A stretch of DNA of 64,000 nucleotides from assembly GCA_035193785.1 (NCBI GenBank), contig CP136572.1:1088001-1152000 (forward strand), written 5' to 3'. The notes beneath the pieces were generated by a model that was not told the origin of the DNA, ran no database searches, and saw only the letters and a program-made list of their open reading frames with translations. This DNA is from Planktothrix sp. GU0601_MAG3. Lineage in GTDB: Bacteria; Cyanobacteriota; Cyanobacteriia; Cyanobacteriales; Microcoleaceae. The first letter of the stretch is position 1. The number at the start of each line of letters is the position of its first letter. The translations under genes and the position numbers were made by a program. Positions 56,971 through 64,000 of this stretch are shown in pieces.

Positions 56971-58396
56971 CAGGGTGTTTTCAAAGTCGGGGGTAAAAAA
57001 GAAAATAAAAGTGATCTTTTTTCAGTAAAATTAAAAAGAGATCACTTTTATTTGGTTTTAAAAAAGTCATGTTAAACAATATAATTGAACAACTGAAGTT
57101 AGTCAAGGATTTTCGGAAAAATCGTGGCAAAAGACATGAATTATGGGTGGTGTTGACTATTATTATTTTGGCACTGCTAACTGGCAATGTTACTTATAAG
57201 CAAATAGATAATTTTAGAAAAAATGAAGAAGATAAGCTAATTAAATTATTAGAAATTAAGGCTAAAAAATTGCCATCTTATAGTACAATTAGACGAGTAA
57301 TGATTGGGATAAATCTAATAGAAATTCAGTTAATGTTTCAGTCAATAGTCCAGAAATATTACTGGCAAAAAGAAGGCGTTGATTGGATTGCGATCGATGG
57401 AAAATCTTTAAAAAATACCCTGACTAACTATGAAAATCAAAAACAAAATATGTTAATAATGGTATCTTGGTTTAGTCAAGAAACAAAGTTGGTAATTAAA
57501 TCGGAAAGTTTTGAAAGTAAACAGAGTTCTGAAAACGCCAAAGTTCTCTCTATGATAGAGGAATATGGGTTATTAAATAAAGTATTTACTCTCGATGCTC
57601 TCCATTGTAGTAAGGAAACAACTCAGGCAATAATTGAAAGCAAAAATGATTATTTAATTACGGTGAAAGGCAATCAAATGAAATTGCACAAGCAGATCAA
57701 AAAATTAGTAAAAGTTGAGAAACCTTTAACAGTATATGAAGAAAAAGATTTCAGTCATGGACGAAATATTAGCAGAAAAGTATCAGTATTTGATAGCCAA
57801 AATGTGAACCATAAAAATTATCCTCATCTTCAAAGTTTTATTCAGGTAGAAAGAACAGGTTTTCGGGGTGATCAAGAATATAATGAGACTTTATATTATA
57901 TTAGTAGTCAGAAATTAAGTGCGAAAACATTTGCAGAAAAAATTAAAGCACATTGGTTAATTGAAAATCAAGTACATTGGGTCAAAGATGTAAATTTTAA
58001 TGAAGATAAATCAAGAATAAAAGGGATAGACGTAGCGGGGAAATTCTCGTTATTAGTAACATTAATTTTGAATATATACAGAAGTTTGGGATTTGTCTCA
58101 ATAAAAGAGGGACAGTCATGGTTAGGAAATAATTGGGAGAAAATTTTAGCGATCGCCTGAATTAATTAAGTTTTTAAAACTATTCTTCACAAAAAACATT
58201 AAAAATATTTAATAATAAATAGCCATAAAGTCTTATTAATCAAGACAATGGCTATCTTTTGCTGTTAACAAATATTAAAATCGTTTATTTTTAATATTTC
58301 CAAATTATCTAATAAAAATTAGAGAGAATTTTGCCGGAAAATTTGATGATTTTTTTTGAATATAGCGATCGCATTTTTGAAAATGAAAACCCCCTG
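56971..58396 (+). mobile_element. ISAs1-family insertion sequence
   Basis: Terminal inverted repeats cagggtgttttca / tgaaaaccccctg (12/13) around an intact transposase. Confidence 0.9.
57069..58160 (+). CDS. ISAs1-family transposase
   Basis: DFR..RGKRH.L, PSYSTIRR, IAIDGK, TLDALH, VKGNQ, SHGR, HW.IEN..HWVKDV.F.ED. Confidence 0.95.
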   Translation: MLNNIIEQLKLVKDFRKNRGKRHELWVVLTIIILALLTGNVTYKQIDNFRKNEEDKLIKLLEIKAKKLPSYSTIRRVMIGINLIEIQLMFQSIVQKYYWQKEGVDWIAIDGKSLKNTLTNYENQKQNMLIMVSWFSQETKLVIKSESFESKQSSENAKVLSMIEEYGLLNKVFTLDALHCSKETTQAIIESKNDYLITVKGNQMKLHKQIKKLVKVEKPLTVYEEKDFSHGRNISRKVSVFDSQNVNHKNYPHLQSFIQVERTGFRGDQEYNETLYYISSQKLSAKTFAEKIKAHWLIENQVHWVKDVNFNEDKSRIKGIDVAGKFSLLVTLILNIYRSLGFVSIKEGQSWLGNNWEKILAIA

Positions 58397-58593
58397 CTTT
58401 TTAAGGGGGGCTAGGGGGGATATTCTGAGGTTTGGGCGGGTTTATTCAGGTTATTTGTGAATATCAAATATTGTGGCGGAAACCCGCCCCTACGGGTTGA
58501 CGGCCAGCTTTCAGAAACCGGGTTTTTGAGTTAACCTAATACTAAGTATCAAAATCCCTATAAAAACCTGGTTTCTCACCCCTTTAATTTATC

Positions 58594-58815
58594 ATGGTTG
58601 AATTAATTATTTTATTAGCCTCTTTATTGGTAGCTTGGTTGGTGTTTACCTGGGTAGTTCAGGTGTTGAAAGCCAGTGTTAATACAGCAATTGCGATCGC
58701 AATAATTGTATTAATTTTACAACTGGTATTTGGAATTGGGCCCCAGGAATTATTAGACCATTTGATTCAGTTACCGCAAAGGTTATGGGATTTGGTTGTT
58801 AATCATCGTTTATAA
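58594..58815 (+). CDS. Small hypothetical membrane protein
   Basis: 73 aa with two hydrophobic helices. Confidence 0.7.
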   Translation: MVELIILLASLLVAWLVFTWVVQVLKASVNTAIAIAIIVLILQLVFGIGPQELLDHLIQLPQRLWDLVVNHRL

Positions 58816-58871
58816 TAAATATAATAAATATAATAAATATAATAAGAGAGTCCTGAAGGACTCACTACGGG

Positions 58872-59769
58872 TTAGAAGTGGAATTTTAGGCGATCGCAAT
58901 GGTTTTGATTTAATTGTTTGTCGAGGGTTTGCCAGTCCTCTTGTTCAATATAATCGGTGATTTGATCTAGGGTTTGTTTGTAGGATTTGAGCGATCGCAA
59001 TAGGGCTTCCCGATTATATTTTGCCATCATTAATCCTAATTCTGGATTTCCCCCGCCGACGCGACTGGTATCCCTAAATCCCGAACTGGCAAAATAGTGG
59101 GCTAATAGATCAACATCGGGGTTATCTTCTAATCTTAAAGCTGCAATTAAACTCCCACTAATAATAACAGGTAAATGGGAAATCCAAGCCACAGCCCGAT
59201 CATGTTCTTCTGGTGGACAATGGTAGATTTTAGCTTGCAATAAATTGACAATAGATTCTACAATTGTAATTGATTCTGGGGGGGTGTTGCTAGTCGGTGT
59301 AATCACATAGGGTTTATTAATAAATAAATCATGTTGTGCCGCATCAATTCCAGTTTCCGTATTCCCCGCCATCGGATGTCCCCCGACAAAATTCGGCCAT
59401 AATTCCGAACAACTTTCGACAATCGGTTTTTTCACAGAACCCACATCCGTTAAAATGGTGTGGGGTTGTAAATGGGGAATTAGTTCTATAATGGTGGGAG
59501 CGATCGCAGCAATAGGAGTACAAATAAAAATAATATCCGCTTGACCCATCAAAGATAAATCCACACTGGCCTCATCCACCACCCCACGTTTCCACGGCAA
59601 CCTCGCAGGTTTCCGGTTTCCGACTGATGCCCAAAATACGATAGGATAGGGGTGGAGAGGTCAGGGGGTGGGATGGGTGAATTGGGGTTTGGGTTTGTTG
59701 TCGATGGGTGAATAAATCTAAACCGAGTGATCCGCCAATTAAACCCAATCCAATAATACCAATATTCAT
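58872..59769 (-). CDS. tyrA: Prephenate/arogenate dehydrogenase; apparent frameshift near 59590
   Basis: GLGLIGGS, TDVGSVK, GGHPMAG, HD.AVA.ISHLP, SGFRDTSR. Confidence 0.92.
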
Positions 59770-60037
59770 CAATAAAGACTCCATTCAAACTATTAGGGAA
59801 AAGCGTTAGTGAATCTATCACTTAAAGCTCAATTTTACAATATTTTCGTCAAGTTCAGTTAAAGCTGGTTAATGGGTGATTAAACTGTTCAGCATTAACT
59901 TAAATTTAAAAACTATTATTTCAGGTTTGAACTAATATTCTTAGAGCAATTTCACCCTTTTTATAGGTAGATAAATTCTACCATATTTTGTTATAATTTT
60001 TTATAATCAACCTCACTAATTTGGAGAGTTAGAAGGC

Positions 60038-61590
60038 ATGGATGCCGATGAACTTCTGCTCAAATATCAATCAGGGGCAAGGGACTTTGCGGGTATTTTG
60101 CTTTGTGAAGCCAACCTCAGTCGAGCCAATCTCAGCCAAGCGAATCTCAGCCAAGCCATTTTAAGCATTACAAATCTCAGTGGTGCGAATCTTTCTGAAG
60201 TCAATTTCAGTCAAGCTAAACTCAATGTTGCCCGCTTGAGTGGTGCGAATTTAACCCGCGCTAGACTCGATGATGCGGTTCTGAATGTTGCCAATCTAAT
60301 TCGCGCCGACCTCAGAGAAGCGTCTTTAATTAATGCTTCCTTGATTCGGGCTGAACTTATGCGTTGCGATTTGAGTAATGCTTTATTAATGGGGGCCAAT
60401 CTCAGCGAAGCCGATTTGCGAGAAGCGACCCTGCGCCAAGCTAACCTCGAACAAGTTAATTTGAATGGGGCAAATTTAACCGATGCAATTTTAATTGGTT
60501 TCTAATTTAGAACGAGCTAGTTTACATCGAGCTTGTGTCACCAAAGGAGATTTAAGAGGTGCTAATTTAAGTAATAGTGAATTGCGCCAAGCTAACCTCA
60601 AACAAGCTAATCTGAGTGGGGCCGATCTTCGCGGTGCAAATCTTCGTTGGGCTGATTTGAATGGCGCTAATTTAAGTGGGGCAAATTTAGAACAAGCTCG
60701 ATTAAGTGGGGCGAGTTTGTGTGGAGCCAATTTAAGCGGGGCTAACCTAATGAATGCGGTTTTAATTCATGCGGATTTAACCCAAGCTAACTTAATTAAT
60801 TCCGATTGTACTGGGGCGGATTTAACCGGTTCATCTTTAACCGGATCTAAATTATATGGAGTATCTCGTTTTGATTTAAAAGCAGAAGAAATTACCTGTG
60901 ATTGGATTGATTTAAGTCCCCTAGGAGACAGCAATCAGATTCAAACTTTTAGTCCTAAAGAAGCTAATAAATTTTTTAATGCTACCTTTCCAACAGTAGA
61001 AATTAGTGTTGATACCCGATTAGGATTTGAAGCCCATACGATTTTAGCTAAAATTTATCATTATCTGCAACAACAATCCTCCTTACTGAGTCAGCCGCCC
61101 ACCCTGGAAGTTAATTCCCGACGCACGGTAATTTCATTCAAAATTGAATCCAATGAACAACTATTTAATGTTGCTTATGTTGCGATTTTACCCTTTAGGG
61201 ATGCCGATGTTACCCAAAGAGCGATCGAAACCGCAATCAAACAGTTAACGCCAGATAACTGTGGTCATTTTCCGGTACAGTTATCTAATCGAATTGTACA
61301 ATTAGGAGTGGAAATCGCTCAACAGATCCGTTTGTTGACTGATATTAAAATTCCCCAATCTTGGCAAGCAGAAATTGAAACCTCAGCACCTTTCTTTTTA
61401 AATCCCACAAGAAACCCTACTGAGAAGTTCTAGCCATCAAAGTTTAATCCTCCATAGCCATGCTTATTTTGGCAGAAGTTTAGGCTGTTATTCTGAATCA
61501 TCAGAAAGTTCAGAATCCCTGAACAATCCCTACTTAAATCCCAAACCCCTTGATTCAGAAACTATCCTAAACTTTATTAAGGGATTTTAG
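60038..61590 (+). CDS. Pentapeptide-repeat protein with a C-terminal globular domain; apparent frameshifts near 60499 and 61413
   Basis: Y..G.RDF followed by A(N/D)Lxx repeats; paralog of the next gene. Confidence 0.9.
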
Positions 61591-61665
61591 GGATTTTATT
61601 AAGGTTTAAGTCGTAACTAGAGAATCAACAATCATTCATTTAATCAGGGTTACAGGATCACCATT

Positions 61666-63225
61666 ATGATTGAAAGTGAATTAGTAAAAGTCTACCAAAT
61701 TGTTAAAAGATATCAGGAAGGAGAGCGAGATTTTAGTGGAATTAATCTGAATGAAAATAATTTAAGCCGGATTAAATTGAGTCAAGCCAATTTAAGTGGG
61801 GCTTCTTTCATGGTTGCTAATTTAACCTCTGCTAATTTAAGTGGCTGTAACTTAACCGGAGCTAATTTTAATGTTGCTCGACTAAGTAATGCCAATTTGA
61901 GTAATGCCATTTTAGATCGAGCCACCCTGAATGTTTGCAATTTAGTGCGAGCCGATTTAAGCGAAGCCTCTCTAGTTGAAAGTCTACTGATTCGCGGGGA
62001 ATTAATTCAAGCATTATTGAGTAAGGCAAAATTAATTCAAGCTAACTTAAATGGGGCGGATTTAAGGGAAGCCAAAGTTGAACAAGCCGATTTTACCTAT
62101 GCGAATTTAAGTGGCGCCAATTTACGCGCTATTTTTGGGGTGGGAACTTGCTTTAGGAGAGCGGATTTAAGGGGAGCAGATTTAACTAAAGCCGATTTAC
62201 CCAAAGCGGATTTTAACTATGCGGAAATGCGACAAGTAAACCTCACCCATGCTAATCTCAGTGGGGCGGATTTAGGGGGAGCCAATTTACGCTGGGCGGA
62301 TTTACGGGGCGCGAATTTAGGCGGGGCTAATTTAAGCGAAGCTAATTTGAGTGGGGCTAATTTGAGTGGGGCTAATTTAAGCAATACAAACTTAGTGAAA
62401 GCCAGTTTTGTTCATGCGGATTTAACCCAGGCTAATTTAATCAAATCGGACTGGGTAGGGGCGGATTTATCGGGAGCTACCTTAACTGGAGCCAAACTTT
62501 ATGATGTTCATAGATTTAGTTTAAAAGCCGAAGATCTCAAGTGTGAATGGATTGATTTAAGCTCCAATGGAGATCATACTCATGTTGTACATTTTAATCC
62601 CGAAACCCTGAAAAAGTTTTTTAATCAAAGTCTTCCTCTGGTGCAAATTTTTGTGGATGCTCCCTTAGATTTTGAATCTAATTTAATTTTAATGACCATC
62701 TATTATAAATTAGCCCAAGTTTATTCGGTGATGAATCGTCCACCGAGTATTGAGGTAGATTATCGACGCACGACTTTAACCTTTGTTGTGGAACGGGAAG
62801 AACATTTATTTCCCCTGGCTTGTATGGCTATTTTTCCCTTTGATGATTCTTCCCCTACACAAAAAAATATTATTAGTTTAATGAAAAAAATTAGAGAAGA
62901 AAATTTAGGGAAAAATCGAAAAATTCAAATTTTAACTGCCATGAATCAAATCATTGTTAAGGCTAATGAATTCAAACTATTAGTCAAAGAAAATCAAAGT
63001 GATTCTCGGTCTGTATTTTTTAAATCCGCCACTCAAACCCTATTAAAAAATAGCAGTCAACAAAGTTTAATAGTTCATAATAATGCTAATTTTGGTAAAC
63101 GATTTGATTACCTATCTAGTCGTCAAACCGATGCCGATCTAACCCTCAATTCCCGCCAATCTACTCTACCGGATTTTAAAGAAGTGATTGATTTTATCGA
63201 AAGTTTTGATTATCTTAGTCATTAG
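61666..63225 (+). CDS. Pentapeptide-repeat protein (tandem paralog)
   Basis: Y.EGERDF, A(N/D)Lxx repeats, shared C.WIDLS..GD and PP..EV..RRT. Confidence 0.93.
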   Translation: MIESELVKVYQIVKRYQEGERDFSGINLNENNLSRIKLSQANLSGASFMVANLTSANLSGCNLTGANFNVARLSNANLSNAILDRATLNVCNLVRADLSEASLVESLLIRGELIQALLSKAKLIQANLNGADLREAKVEQADFTYANLSGANLRAIFGVGTCFRRADLRGADLTKADLPKADFNYAEMRQVNLTHANLSGADLGGANLRWADLRGANLGGANLSEANLSGANLSGANLSNTNLVKASFVHADLTQANLIKSDWVGADLSGATLTGAKLYDVHRFSLKAEDLKCEWIDLSSNGDHTHVVHFNPETLKKFFNQSLPLVQIFVDAPLDFESNLILMTIYYKLAQVYSVMNRPPSIEVDYRRTTLTFVVEREEHLFPLACMAIFPFDDSSPTQKNIISLMKKIREENLGKNRKIQILTAMNQIIVKANEFKLLVKENQSDSRSVFFKSATQTLLKNSSQQSLIVHNNANFGKRFDYLSSRQTDADLTLNSRQSTLPDFKEVIDFIESFDYLSH

Positions 63226-63501
63226 GGGGAGTAATAAATCATTTTTTATGTTTAATAGTAATAATTAGTCTCCCCTCTCATCGCAGGAGATAGGTTGGGG
63301 GAGAGGTCACAAAGGTTTTTGGGAGAAAATGTAAAATTCATGTTTAAACTCGGCTTCAGAGAATGAGGAATATAGTAAACCCAAGATTATTTTTGCAGGT
63401 ACTGAGTCCCATCTCATCAAATTACCAATAACGCTTGCTGGACTTGTTAGAACGTCATCCGCTTGAGTATCAAACCCCGATCAATTGGTATAGGTTTATA
63501 A

Positions 63502-64000
63502 CTATTTAAGGGGGAGTTCGGGAGTGACCATCAGGGTTAATACTTCGTCCCCAATGCCTTTTAATTTATGGAATTCTTGGCCGATAATTTCCCCCCGAGG
63601 GAGATAGTTAGCCACTTCCGTCGAGACTAAAATACTATTCGGACGTGCAGCTTCTTGTAAGCGAGCGGCCATATTCACCGCCGGGCCAATAGCGGTATAA
63701 TCGGAACGCTCTTGAGATCCGAACATCCCGACAACGGCCGTCCCGATATGAATTCCGCACCGGAAACGCACGGGTTGAACCCCATTTTCTCCGATAATTC
63801 CCTGTTTCTCGCCAGCGTTGATTTAACTTATCAAGCGATCGCAACATTTGCCGCGCCGAATTCACCGCCTGTTTTACCTGTTTTTCGGCTGATAACTCCT
63901 CCGGTGCGCCATATAATGCCATTACCGCATCCCCGACAAACTTATCTACTGTGCCGCCATTAGCAAAAATTACTCGGGTCATCTCCGCTAAATACTCATT
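63502..64000 (-). CDS. Class III adenylate/guanylate cyclase, 3' end; apparent frameshift near 63805
   Basis: DKFVGDAVMA, GIHIG.AVVG.FG...R.DYTAIG..VN.AARL, LKG. Confidence 0.92.

Noticed and set aside
58812..58845. taataaata 9-bp tandem repeat
   Set aside because: Simple intergenic low-complexity repeat with no evidence of function
63762..63770. GAAAC at ~63765 as another frameshift
   Set aside because: The frame (VRFRCG) is already correct after the single fix at ~63805
1..64000. Mass pseudogenisation / genome decay
   Set aside because: Frameshifts share a single context and hit housekeeping genes; better explained as sequence error

Overview
Chromosomal window from a cyanobacterium. HIP1 GCGATCGC sites, REP/STRR-like repeats and pentapeptide proteins support this; an Oscillatoriales/Planktothrix-like host is my inference. 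Contents from left to right: (1) bidirectional hydrogenase cluster hoxF-hcp-hoxUYH-hoxW-hypAB plus nurA; (2) a hybrid histidine kinase with a DXCF cyanobacteriochrome GAF and a putative far-red cyanobacteriochrome GAF, among IS701 debris and pseudogene fragments; (3) a type I restriction-modification locus with small TA-like genes between hsdM and hsdS; (4) an icfG-like partner-switching/glycogen-debranching cluster bracketed by matching IS-like ends; (5) a ~20-kb minus-strand operon, the best candidate for a poorly described system, encoding a VirD4-like remnant, three tandem TRAFAC-like GTPases, a GAP1-like membrane protein with a partial duplicate, TM-FHA, two vWA proteins, three exported proteins sharing one domain, Zn-ribbon-FHA, pseudokinase-PP2C and two Ser/Thr kinases; (6) relics of a divergent MoxR-vWA operon broken by IS701 and ISAs1; (7) tyrA, two pentapeptide-repeat genes and the end of an adenylate cyclase. 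About 28 apparent frameshifts are all a single extra A/T at GAAC/GTTC. I treat these as systematic sequence errors and report those genes as joined CDSs. All family assignments come from motif recognition by eye; no searches were run.
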